Part shown: piece by piece, positions 1 to 11,444 of the stretch
Layout of the letters: each line of letters opens with the position of its first letter
How positions within the stretch are numbered: position 1 is the stretch's first letter
DNA from: Podarcis vaucheri
Taxonomy: Eukaryota
DNA: 64,000 bases
NCBI GenBank assembly: GCA_965113315.1
Contig: OZ220368.1
Reading direction: 5' to 3' (one strand)
Made by a program: the position numbers and the translations under genes
Notes under the pieces: model-generated
Told to the model about the DNA's origin: nothing
Database searches by the model: none
Seen by the model: the letters and a program-made list of their open reading frames with translations, nothing else

Positions 1-660
1 TTTCTAGCTTTCTTAGAATAATTTTACTCCTAGGAGCATATTAATAATATGGAAGCTTGAAATTTAGTAATGTATAATCTTTTCCTATTACACATTTGTA
101 AATCCGATTAAGGGGATTATGTCAAATGCACAACTCTGCGCCTCCTGCATGGTGTGATAGATGCAAAGCTGGTGCCCAGCTGAACTCCATTATTTCAGTG
201 TAACAGGGTCTGTTTCAGCAACCAGGACAGATTCACAGGGAGCCTACAGAAACAAAAGTGTTGTGTGCACAGGGCAGAAGAGATTGGAGCAGAGATATTA
301 TGATTATGTGGCAGTATGAGTACCCTACAGTAAACTTGGTGTTGTATCATTATGGTAACCACTGGCCTTAAACAAGCCAGAGGCAGGATTTTCTAGCAGA
401 GCAGTTCTTCCTAGAGCTGGATATACTATGCTACTTTGTGCCTTGGTCTTAAGATGGCCATGGAGCTGAGTTGACCTGTAATTTGTTGACCACCACTGTG
501 GTTTGATGTTGCTCAACTGCACTGGGATAAAAATAAAAAAATAAGTGGTGGGGGACACAGTTGGTAAACAGGACTAGCTTCAGTTAGTGGTTCAGCAGCA
601 TCAGTGGTGCAATTTTATTATTTGAATTACATCTGGAAGAAGGTGTTAGCTCCAATGGTG

Positions 661-1402
661 GACGTGCCCAAGATTGAAGGCCTTTTGGGAAATGATCTAT
701 AATGAGTTAAAGAAGGTGTTTAAGTACACCTTTCCCAAGAAACCAGAGGCCTTTCTTCTGGGCATTGTCGGCCAGAAGGTGTTAAAAAAGGACAGAACTT
801 TCTTTATGTATGCTACAACTGCAGCAAGAATCCTTATCGCCAAATACTGGAAGACCCAAGATTTGCCCACACTGGAGGAGTGGCAGACGCAACTGATGAA
901 CTATATGGAATTGGCTGAGATGACTGCAAGAATCCGGGACCTGGGAGAAGAGGCAATGGAGGAGGACTGGAAAAAATTTAAAGACTATTTGCAAAAGTAT
1001 TATAAGCTGTATGAAACATAAGATGACGTATGATCCAGAACGCTAGCCCCAGCAACGGAATTTAATTATCTATGAAATTGTTAATATTTGTGAAAGAACC
1101 AAAGTTTAAATGGGTTAAAACGATATTAGGTTATATTTCTAGAGTAAATGGAGAATAAGAGATTTAAACTTAAATTGCAATTGAAAATATAAAGAAATAT
1201 ATGAAATAAGGGTATAATTTGCTGATGAATTTATTATCAAGAATGCATTATCCGGGGGATGCGGGGAAGTCCAATGGAAATTTGGAAAAAAGTTACTGAA
1301 ATGGAATCTTTTGTTCTTTTTTCTTTTCTTTTCTTTTGTTCTATTTTTTCTTCTGTTTTACTTGTAATTTGGAAAAATGCAATAAAATTATTATAAAAAA
1401 AA
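661..1402 (+). mobile_element. 5'-truncated L1-clade LINE: ORF2 C-terminus, 3'UTR and poly(A), with long TSD
   Basis: Frame reads WWTCPRLKAFWE...AARILIAKYWK...EEDWKKFKDYL (L1-type ORF2 C-terminus; ORF 674-1021). AATAAA at 1381 then A-run. Direct repeat AAGAAGGTGTTAGCTCCAATGGTG at 637-660 and 1403-1426. Confidence 0.9.
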
Positions 1403-2013
1403 AAGAAGGTGTTAGCTCCAATGGTGCCCTTCCTCATGTGGAAGGTGTTTGCTGCTCATAGAAGGACAGTCTTATTCTACTGTAGTGCTGCTCAAGAAAA
1501 GTGAAATACTGTTCCACTTGTGCATCCTCTAGCAAAAGGAGAAAAGCATGAGGACTGCTCTAGAACCTACCTCCCTATTATACCACAGGTGCAAGCTCAT
1601 CCACAAGCATTTGAGGAAAAGCACTTCAACCTGGTGGTGGTGGTGTTTGAATGGTGTGTTAATATTCAAAGGATTAAAAGAGTAAATTATCCCAGTTGTC
1701 CAAGACACATCCTGCATGTACATGACAATTATATTCTATGTGTTTGCGTCAATGATCACACTACAACTGTTCTATCTGAAGATGGTCAGCATAATGAACT
1801 GTGGAAGCATCTCTTCCACAGGCTCCTTGGAAATAAGTAAGGGTTGCACAACAGCAACATTCGTTCTTGGTGAAATTCCCATTTGTTTCAAAGAAGCTTA
1901 TGCCAGAGATGTTCCTGGTGAACTGTGCCTCTTTTGTTTGTAAGCTTTGGTTTGTGAGAGGACATTTTGTTACTGGAGATTTACATTAGAGATTCCAAGC
2001 ATGGCAACCATTC

Positions 2014-2180
2014 CATAGGAATTTAGGAAACTGCCTTATACTGAGTTGGACCATTGGTCCATCCACCTTAAAACTCCCTGGGCTGACCCAGTGCTTTAGA
2101 GAGGGGTCTTTCCCAGAGATCCCTGGAGATGCCAGGGATTGAACCAAGTCTCGTCTCTATGCAAAGCAAGTGTTCAGTGA
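2014..2180 (-). mobile_element. tRNA-derived squamate SINE (Squam2-like), degraded
   Basis: TAGGAAACTGCCTTATACTGAGTTGGACCATTGGTCCATC...CCTGGAGATGCCAGGGATTGAACC; similar to copies at 11091, 13558 and 38172. Boundaries approximate. Confidence 0.65.
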
Positions 2181-2268
2181 AGCAATCTGAAATATGTCTT
2201 GTAAATGCTATCAGTTATTTACTTTGTAGTGATATGCTACTAACCAAATAATTAATTAACTACATGCT

Positions 2269-2271
<3 letters not shown>

Positions 2272-2300
<29 letters not shown>
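2272..2300. repeat. (TA)n microsatellite
   Basis: Seen directly. Confidence 0.95.
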
Positions 2301-2303
<3 letters not shown>

Positions 2304-4275
2304 ATCTCATATGTTGCTGCTTGAATTGCGGGTTTTCCTAATGAAGTCCTTAGGCTCAGCCTGCAGGTGAACTTAACTTTGCGGACGTTTATCCTTGACC
2401 CTACATTCCTTTCCTGCCTATACATATGAGAGATCTTCAGCACCCATGCCCATAAACAGAACATAGCCTCTTGCTGAACTGCTGGTTCAGGATGGAGTTT
2501 TCATCAGTGTAGTAGAAATATTTGTCTAAACCAATTCATTCAGTACATGTCTTACATTGCAGCATCCATTTATCTTAGTCCAGTAGCTCCAGTCCATAAT
2601 TTGCTTCCTCTTTTAGCCTTGAATATCTCTTGGCTAATGCCAGACATTTACCTCATTTAACACCACTGTTAATGTGGCTTCATCAAGCTGGAAAATAACC
2701 TGCTTTTTTGTTGTTGTTGCCTCTGTTGCTTTCAGCCTATCATGTCTCCTTTGCCCACTTCTAAGTTTTATGCATGTGGTTAGTCTGTTTCCTTTGCAGA
2801 CTTCTTTCATGTATTTATGGAAAACTGTTGTAGTGGGTTTTTTTTCAGTCTTCCATGTACTTTTTTGGTTTATGTGTTTTAACACTTCCATGGTTCTTAT
2901 ACTTGTCTTGTCAGTCATATTGCCTTAAATGTTTGCTCCCCTCCTTTGCAGGCTGTGTGTGTCATCATCTATGGAAATCTCCAGTTCCTGAAAGTGATGT
3001 CCCCACACTGAGTAGCACAGAATAACTATGTTGTTGTTATTATTATTATTATTGTGATAATGTCTTGTGACACCATTCATTAACACAGATTGTAATGTCA
3101 TCATGCTACTGGGTTAATTTTCATTTAAATGCACAAATGTCTTGTGTTGCACTATCGTTTGCCTAGTGCAGAAAAGAGCTCTGTCTATGTACTGTGTTTT
3201 TACATCCTATGTGAGCAGCATTCTTGTATTTATATCTATTTTGGGGAGGATGCTGGTTTGTTCTTTTCTTGTTTTTATTATGTATTTGTTGTTTTTATCT
3301 TGTATTTTTATGCTGCAAACTGCCATGAAATCTACAGATGAAGTGTAGTATAAAAAACAAATAATAATTTTAATGTTAATATTATATCTCATATTGCCAC
3401 CCTCCAGACCTCTGATGGAGGAGGCACATGAAGAAGGGTCTTGGATTATGGGGCCCTGTAGATATTGAAATATTTCACTACTATGTTATTTTCATTCTTA
3501 TCCAACTGAAATTTATGTGCTCTTTCTTAGTAGGCAACACTATTACGTTCAGAAGAGAAAATTTGTGTATTTTGTACGGGAGTCATTTGTAACCCAAACT
3601 AGTCCATTACAAAATAAATCTATTTTTGAGAGATACAGGAGTGGTAAATCACAGAAAGTAATTATAGAGGATAGAAGTAATTTAGTGCATAAGATCTAAA
3701 CTCTGTGTTTGTCACATTTATTTTTTCTTCCCCCAGAACATCCCTAATTAGGACTAGCAAATTCACCAAGCTGAAATTGATAATGTAGAAATGACAATCA
3801 TTCTGTATTTGCTCTCAAGTAGAAACAACAGTCCAGCTACATTTATCCTTGTCAAGGCCCATTGACTGCAGTGAAATAATTTATTTTGAAGAAAAATGGA
3901 AAGCTATAATTTTACTAGAGCTGCTTTTCAGAGTCAAAGCATGTACATTGTTAAATGCAAAATCTTACTTAAATTGACGTGTTCTTGCTATGAATAAAGT
4001 GATCCGTCTGGAACATCACCATTCTTTCTTGCCATTCCCTGCTCCTTCCTGCCGTTGTCTGTTATTTCCATTTCAATTTATCATTTCAGCATCTGCCTCA
4101 ACCGCTACAAAGACTTCCCCATCAAGTCTGTGGAGTTGGAAAGACTCTGATTTTCTGTGCCTCTTGATATGTTTACATCCTGTCTCCTGCTGTTGGTTGT
4201 CTTTCATTTCCAGTAGCTCTGTAGAGAAGAAGGATTTACAAGTGTGTATTTCCCCCCCTTATGTCCTGATTTCAG

Positions 4276-4387
4276 CCCGAGGTATCACAGAAAGACACCC
4301 CAGCTTCATGTACCCCATTGGGACTTCAAGCAATCAGATGGTGCTGAGAGGGGAGGACCTCTTGCTGGAATGCATTGCCTCGGGAGT
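4276..4387 (+). CDS. NFASC: Neurofascin exon, Ig3 first half ([37 protein letters not shown])
   Basis: ttcag| ... |gtacgt; 112 nt, phase 1 to 2; close to mammalian NFASC RGVAERTPSFMYPQG...[10 protein letters not shown]. Confidence 0.96.
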
Positions 4388-4688
4388 GTACGTACCACTT
4401 GGGATCAGGGGAACCATGGTGTGTCACATACGTCTCTATCCTCCTGGTCTAGATCTTATGTTTCCTGCAGATTTTCATGGGGGTTAAATCACAGCTGGAT
4501 GTTGATTCCTCCTTATTGGAGTGTTAGCAAATAGAAGGCATCTCCTTTAAGGATGTGAAATAACATGGCTCCAATGGGAAACTAAAATCCATTCATTTTA
4601 ATGGGATGTGGCTTGACTGTTGTTAACATCAACAGTAATATCTATGGTTATGAGAGCTTTTCAAGAGCAGTACAGGGATAATATATGG

Positions 4689-4915
4689 CAGGGGTGGCCA
4701 ACTCTCAAGAGACTGTGATCTACTCACAGAGTTATAAGCTGGCAGGAAGGAAAGCCCTGTTTTGGGGGATTCAGGTCAAAGTTGTTGAGCTTTTTTTTAG
4801 GGGAGCCAAAGTTGTTCAGCTTCTTTGGGAGGGGGGAGCCAGTGATCTGCCAGTGATCTACCACAGACTTCCAGTGATCTACCAGTAGAGATCAAACTGC
4901 CAACATTAACCCCTG
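4689..4915. mobile_element. Non-autonomous DNA transposon (hAT-like MITE), degraded
   Basis: Termini CAGGGGTGGCCAAC...AACCCCTG; internal AAAGTTGTTGAGCTTTTT shared with the element at 21227. Confidence 0.5.
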
Positions 4916-5480
4916 TAACATAACATTAACTCCTGACCCATAAGCCAGATTCAATGATTATACAACTAACAGGTGCCATCAATGCAAGACTGGGCAATGG
5001 CACTTCCCCCTTCTCCTCCCCCATGCCACCCCACATCTGTCCCAGGGATTCCCTCTCCAGAACAGAGTGGGGGGGAGTATGCAGTGGGGAAGGAGAGAAG
5101 GGGAAAGTTTTGTTGTACAAGCATAAATCCTTGCACTGACACAACACATTAGTTGGATAGCACCCATAATTGCCTATTCTCAAGTGTCAATGGCTTACAA
5201 GGCTCCCTGAACTGCTCCCTGAAATATTATTACCACAGAAACCAGGGGTTTAACACAGAATCTTGTACGTGCATGTACTTAAGCATTAAATCATTGTTTT
5301 TCTTCAGTGAAGGTACATCCTCACAACCTCCTTGACAGGGCTTGTCTGGGATTTTGAGAGAATGCTAAGTGAGAACCCCAGCTTTAAATTCAGAAGCTGG
5401 GCTGCAGGGAATTCCTTTAGAGTATACATTTCATGTTGGGAGAGGCTTCATGTCAAACCCTGTTCTCCTCTTTCCTGTAG

Positions 5481-5665
5481 CCCAACACCAGACATCGTAT
5501 GGCACAAGAAAGGAGGTGATCTCCCAGCAGGCAGGACCAAGCTGGAGAACTTCAACAAGGCTCTTCATATTGCCAATGTTTCTGAGGAAGATTCTGGGGA
5601 ATACTTCTGCTTAGCTTCCAACAAAGTGGGAACTAGCCGCCACACAATCTCGGTGAGAGTGAAGG
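5481..5665 (+). CDS. NFASC: Neurofascin exon, Ig3 second half ([15 protein letters not shown]...[23 protein letters not shown])
   Basis: ctgtag| ... |gtacgt; 185 nt, phase 2 to 1. Confidence 0.97.
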
Positions 5666-6463
5666 GTACGTCATATTTACTATACCATTCTTATTACTTT
5701 GCCAATTAGCAAATCAAAAGGCACATGGGAGGGATTTGCGGAGAACAGAGTGTTCTGCCCTAGAAGGATGGGATCAGGCTAACCTGGGAAATCTTACTCT
5801 GTAGCAACCAAAGATAAGAAATATTTTGTTCATACACACCCTTCTAGCTATTGAAATCCTCTGCCATCTAAGCTTGTGGCTCATATATCTTCCTTGTACT
5901 TTGCAGAAGAGAACATAAGCCTGTCATTGCTAGTTTGGTTTTATGGGAAATGTTCAGGAAGTATTTTTCTTAAACTGCATGAAGCCTGTTGCTGAAATAA
6001 GAGCTATTTATCTATCTGCCACATTTAAATGCCACCCAATAACAGCGTTCTCTGATTAACATGAGTGGCAGGTTATGGGTTGAAACTGTACTACTTTGGA
6101 CTGCAGGTGGGAGATTTCAGGATGGAATGTTCTTGCATTATTATTTTTTTAAACCTGCATGCTGAAAACTAGATGTCAAGGAAAAGGACTCAAGATAATT
6201 CTTATTTCTCACATGCTTGATATATGTACCTAGGATTTTTTATTCCATAGATGAGCATTCAGACTTAATACACTTAGTCATTAATATCATTAGGGAGAAT
6301 ACATCCCCAATACAACATTCTGTCTTTATGAGAGATGCATGTTCCCTCAACCCAGGATGATCTAATTTGTGCCTCCAAAACATTACTGTTCCTGTCAATA
6401 TGAAAAAAGACTGTCCTCAGCAAAGCGACAATAGAATTTTTATTTACATGAATGAGAACAGTA

Positions 6464-6678
6464 CAGTGGTACCTCTGGTTACGTACTTAATTCGTTCCAG
6501 AGGTCCGTTCTTAACCTGAAACCGTTCTTAATCTGAGGTACCATTTTAGCTAATGGGGCCTCCTGCCGCCGCCACACCACTGCCGTGCGATTTCTGTTCT
6601 CATCCTGGGGCAAAGTTCTTAATCTGAGGTACTACTTTCGTCTGTAACTCGAAGTGTTTGTAACCTGAGGTACCACTG
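6464..6678. mobile_element. Tc1/mariner-superfamily (Tigger-like) MITE
   Basis: TA|CAGTGGTACCTC ... GAGGTACCACTG|TA: perfect TIRs with TA TSD. Confidence 0.88.
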
Positions 6679-7292
6679 TACTCTTTTGCTACCAGTAATG
6701 TGAATCCTCCCTGTATTATATAAGAAGAACCCTAGCTGTATCTTATCCTGGAGGTGTAATATCCACAAAAACACTTAGTAATAATAACCAAACATTTCCA
6801 GCAGTGACATCAATTTTAATTGTTTTATAACCTATACCAAAATGCTGGTTTCCTCCCATAAAGCTACAAACTACCCAGGCAAGCTCCAAGTTTGAGGGGA
6901 TCATGGCAAAATGCCCTTTAGTCAGCCCCTCCTAGGACAGAGTCCCCCAGCCGTGCCTGGTGGTGGCAGTGCTTTGTGGCCACTTAAGTTTCCCACAATG
7001 CCTAAAAACATTGCTTTGATACTTTGTGGGACATTAATATGGCTGCTTACTGCTGCTGGGTTTTTATTAAGTGTTATTGACACAGGCTTATAATGTCTGC
7101 TGTATATGTCTATGCTGATCATGTTTAGCTGTTCTTGTGATGGTGCATTAAAAAAAAATGGTAGAGAAGGATGATTATCAGTCACTTTTATATACTAATC
7201 AATATAGCCTATGCTGAAAGAACACAAAAGGAGCTTTGCTGAGATAGCTATAATACACTTTGGTGTGTGTCTCTCACTCTCTTATTCTAAAG

Positions 7293-7424
7293 CTGCTCCT
7301 TACTGGTTGGATGAACCAGAGAATCTTATTTTGGCTCCTGGTGAGGATGGGAGACTGGTTTGCCGAGCCAATGGTAACCCCAAGCCTTCCATCCAGTGGC
7401 TGGTGAATGGAGAACCTATAGAAA
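7293..7424 (+). CDS. NFASC: Neurofascin exon, Ig4 first half ([44 protein letters not shown])
   Basis: taaag| ... |gtaagc; 132 nt. Confidence 0.97.
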
Positions 7425-7541
7425 GTAAGCAAACCTGTTATGAGATAATGGCTTATAGTGTATCTTGATTTCATGGATGTGGAGAAGGAAATGCTGTAAT
7501 TTCAAGTAACTGTGATCTTAACTGATGACCATACATAGCAT

Positions 7542-7760
7542 CAGTGACAGAGCTTCATGCTCCGGCACCGGGGGGTAGAGAGCAGACGGGGTGGGGTTGG
7601 CGTGCGTCCCGGGGGCATGGTGCACGTCCCAGGGACATGGCACGCTGCCTGTGGGGCGTGGCACCCAGCGCAGGTGGGGGAGCAGCCGCATTGGCACCCC
7701 ATCAGGATCGTGCTGCTGGGGGCGGTGTGCTCCCCCCATGCTCCTCTTCCTCCACCAGTG
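7542..7760. mobile_element. GC/CpG-rich hAT-like MITE with 8-bp TSD
   Basis: CATAGCAT at 7534-7541 and 7761-7768 flanks an abruptly GC-rich insert with imperfect CAGTG-type termini. Confidence 0.8.
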
Positions 7761-8151
7761 CATAGCATCAGTCATGATAATCTTTTAAAGGGAAGACAGA
7801 ATTCTGAACAAATTCGTTTATTCCCATAGTGAACTATATTGTGATATTGGGGATCTGCCTTTAAGCACCACAAAAAAGGAAATCATTTCCACGTTGAGAT
7901 GTTTGGCTTTGCAAAAATGTGTATATTGGGCAAAATTGCATACAAACATGCAGTACTGTATATTAAAATAAATTCACACTTAAATTCTGATGAATTTTCA
8001 CGAGGACTTTAAAAAAGACACAAACTGATGTGGCAAATGGAAGACGTGGGAAAACAAGAAATCGAAAGAAACCAAAACTGGCAGATTAGCCGAGCCCTAT
8101 TAATGCAAGGCTAAAAACTGTGTATCACTTACGTTTATGTCTTTCTCAAAG

Positions 8152-8295
8152 GTTCCACTCCCAACCCGAGCCGTGAAGTAACGGGAGACACTGTTATGTT
8201 TCGGGACATCCAAAGTGGCAGCAGTGCTGTATACCAGTGCAATGCTTCTAATGAACATGGGTACCTGCTGGCTAATGCCTTTGTCAGTGTGCTGG
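8152..8295 (+). CDS. NFASC: Neurofascin exon, Ig4 second half ([19 protein letters not shown]...[21 protein letters not shown])
   Basis: caaag| ... |gtaagt; 144 nt. Confidence 0.96.
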
Positions 8296-8712
8296 GTAAG
8301 TATTGAATGGACAAATGGGCTCTTGACATCTTTAGATTATAGAGGATCACTGAAGGCACTATTTTGAAGTGAACATGAAATCATTATTTCTCTTTCCCTA
8401 GCAAACCATAACATCCTTGAGCGCCAACTGATCTAACTCACGAAAGGCAAAGGTGTTTACTTATATGTGTAGGCAGTTACTGATAGGCAAAAGGAATATA
8501 TTTATTCCATTCTAAAGCTAATTGTGTCACACACCCCATCTAGAATGGATTCAGGACAAAAATCCATTAATGAGAACAATAAGCAAAAGCCAAATAAACA
8601 AAAATGTAAAGCTAGAAATGAAATATATTCTGTAAAACAAATGAAAATTTCTGACTACCTTTATAGGCTATCTGTCTGTCTATCTATCTATATCTATCTA
8701 TATCTTTTAAAG

Positions 8713-8824
8713 ATGTTATTCCTCGGATCCTTGCCCCTCGTAATCAGCTGATCAAAGTAATTCTAAACAACCGGACTCGTCTTGACTGCCCATTCTTTGG
8801 ATCCCCAATCCCCACATTACGATG
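8713..8824 (+). CDS. NFASC: Neurofascin exon, Ig5 first half ([38 protein letters not shown])
   Basis: taaag| ... |gtaagg; 112 nt. Confidence 0.96.
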
Positions 8825-9089
8825 GTAAGGATTTTTATTATTAAGCCATAGCATCTGTTTGGGACAGATAATCTTTTTTGACATCAATTGAATTTCTATT
8901 AGAATCAAATGTGTTTCAATTCATTGATAAATGGCCATAAAGGAATGTATCTTGGATGTATCTCAACCGCCTGCCTACTGAGGAGAGAATTGCTCCCTTT
9001 CTCTGCAATCCTGTACCCACACTTGGAAGTCAATCTGCACCTTTATTCTGCTTCCCTCTCTTACAAGAATTCTCTTGTGTTGTTGTGAG

Positions 9090-9256
9090 GTTTAAGAATG
9101 GCCAAGGAAGCACGCTGCATGGTGGCAACTATATAGTGCACGAGAATGGGACTTTGGAAATAATCAGGGCTCGGAAAGAAGACCAAGGAACTTACACCTG
9201 TGTGGCCACCAATCTTCTGGGCAAAGCACAGAACCAGGTTCGTTTGGAAATAAAAG
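9090..9256 (+). CDS. NFASC: Neurofascin exon, Ig5 second half ([14 protein letters not shown]...[23 protein letters not shown])
   Basis: gtgag| ... |gtaaga; 167 nt; rare GAG acceptor. Confidence 0.95.
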
Positions 9257-10069
9257 GTAAGATGGCTTCTGTTTAAGCAGAGAGCAAGTATCCTCCAGAT
9301 AATGTAGATCTTGGGTACCCTCTGATGACAAGGATGCTATATTTGGTTCATGCTCATAAGGTTAAATAGCTGTGCTCTTCAGTGGGTCTTAAGGTAGCTT
9401 CAAGTATAATCAGGAGGGAAAGCAGCAGTACATGCTATGATGTGACTGATTGAGTGTTCCTGAAATAAATGGACTGTGGGCCTCTGTCACTTGTTGAGTT
9501 GTAGCTGATAGAGTCCCCCGAACTAATGCTAAGCAACAATTTCCAAAAGTCCTGTGAGTTGGTTCATTTCCCATCCTGCTTACCTGTTTCATTATGAGAA
9601 GATACAAAGGCTATCTAGCTTTGGCCACAGAGATGGGAATGCTATGGACTCCCAACACCATGCACCACACTCCAGTGACAGGAGGGATCTGTCATTGGAC
9701 CCTGTTTCACCACCTAATCAGTAGATCCTTGCAACATACATTAAGTGGAGGGGGATAGGGTAAAGGAAAGATAGAAATGAAGAAGAAGGAGGTGGAAATA
9801 TAAAGATTATAGAGAGTAAGGAGAAAGGGTGGGATAAAATAAGAGGTACGAATGGAGATGGCGAGCTGAAAGGGGACACACTCTGTCACACACTCTGTCA
9901 GCATTGGGCTTCCTTGCCTTTGGGGGCTCCCTAAGCAGATGCTGAGAACACTGAAGGGACTGCAGAGTGGGAGTAAGCGAATATATTGGAGAAGTACATA
10001 TCTGTAACCTGAAATATTTAAAACAGCTTATCCAAACCACTTATTCCTGCCACTGGAATTTGTAATATA

Positions 10070-10492
10070 CCGTAATTAGATGCCCACATATATGACTCCC
10101 CCCTATTTGGGGGGACTCAATTTTAAGAAAATGAGGGGAGATGGCCCAAAGTTATTGAGCCTCTCTGCCCATGCAGCTTCGGGCAGGAAACACTCCCTAG
10201 ATCGTTTCCCATGCACAACAGCATCAAGGGAAGTTGCGCTCCAGCCAGCCAGCCAGTTGGCTGGAGGGCACCTTCTCCCATGCTGCTGTGCGTGGGAAAC
10301 GAACCAGGGAGTGCTTCCCATGCACAGCGGCATCAGGAGAAACTGTGTACCACCAGGCAGTGCCCCCAGATCACTCCCTGCACGCAGCGGTATCTCCCCC
10401 CCCCCATGCCACTATCTGTGTATTGCACAACCCCAGTTTTTTGATATGATTTTTGTGTCAAAAAACCTCGTCCAATACATGGAAAAATACGG
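10070..10492. mobile_element. pogo/Tc1-like non-autonomous DNA transposon
   Basis: TA|CCGTA... left end (degenerate) and ...GGAAAAATACGG|TA right end. Confidence 0.7.
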
Positions 10493-10813
10493 TAACTTGC
10501 TTCTCTAAAACAGCCATTTATCAAATCGATCCATAGCACAAAAGTACACGTCTCAAATACCACCACCATGTGTATTAAAAGTTGGCATTGCTATGGAATA
10601 AAAGAATATTTGCAGGATTTATCACTCTTAAATGTGTAGTTATGGGTATGGAAAAGAATTGCAACTAGAAATCTGTAGGAACTCTGCAATCTGACCAAAT
10701 TATTTCTCATTGCCCAAAGTGTCTGTGGTTTCTTTCCGCTAGACTTCGACTGACTACTCACACAGTCCCCAAAATTACATTCTTACAATTTATAACTGTA
10801 TAACTCTTCACAG

Positions 10814-10961
10814 ATCTAACGAGGATCATAGATGGGCCAAAGGATGCAGTGCCAAAGAAGGGTTCCACAGTTCATCTAATGTGTCGGGTTAGGCATGACC
10901 CCACGCTGAGACTTACGGTCACCTGGCTCAAGGATGACTCCCCTCTGTACTTTGGAAGCAG
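10814..10961 (+). CDS. NFASC: Neurofascin exon, Ig6 first half ([50 protein letters not shown])
   Basis: cacag| ... |gtgtgt; 148 nt. Confidence 0.95.
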
Positions 10962-11090
10962 GTGTGTGCTGTCTTTGTTTTCATAGGCTGTATGTTTCTC
11001 AAGATGTTAACATTTTATGTATCCAGAGGACACAAAGAAAGAATAAATCCTTTTGCTATGTTGGTAAGCTGTACTGCTGTCTTTTCTCCA

Positions 11091-11372
11091 GGGAGGGGGA
11101 CTGTAGTTTTAAGGTCCCAGGTTCTGCCCCTGGCATCTCCAATTAAATTATCAAGTGATAAGTGATAGGACCCTGGAGAGCTATTGCCAACCAGAGTAGA
11201 CAATATTGACCTAGATCAGGGATGAGGAAGCTGTGGGCTTCTGGATGTTGTTGGACTATAACTCCCATCATCCCTGATCATTGGCCAAGCTGGTTAGGGC
11301 TGATGGGAGTTGGAATCCAACAACATCTGCAGGGCCAAAGGTTCCCCCATCTGACTTTATATAAGGTAGCTG
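11091..11372 (+). mobile_element. Squam2-like SINE interrupted by a palindromic hAT-type MITE (11217-11353)
   Basis: SINE body GTCCCAGGTTC..CCTGGCATCTCC..CCCTGGAGAGC..GTAGACAATATTGACCTAGAT breaks into the MITE and resumes at ACTTTATATAAGGTAGCT. Confidence 0.65.
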
Positions 11373-11444
11373 TGCTGCCAAAGCCAGCCAGAATCACTCT
11401 CTTCTACCATAATGAATAATATTATTTCCATGTAATTTGTTATT

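Noticed and set aside
2634-2918. Minus-strand ORF faintly resembling a Penelope-like element protein
   Set aside because: Similarity too weak to support without an HMM search.
1-4275. Alternative 17-aa Ig2/Ig3 linker exon and Ig2 exons of NFASC
   Set aside because: No matching peptide with valid splice sites found by eye; probably upstream of the window.
7518-7829. Cluster of overlapping GC-rich ORFs, possible CpG island or promoter
   Set aside because: Explained by the TSD-flanked MITE at 7542-7760.
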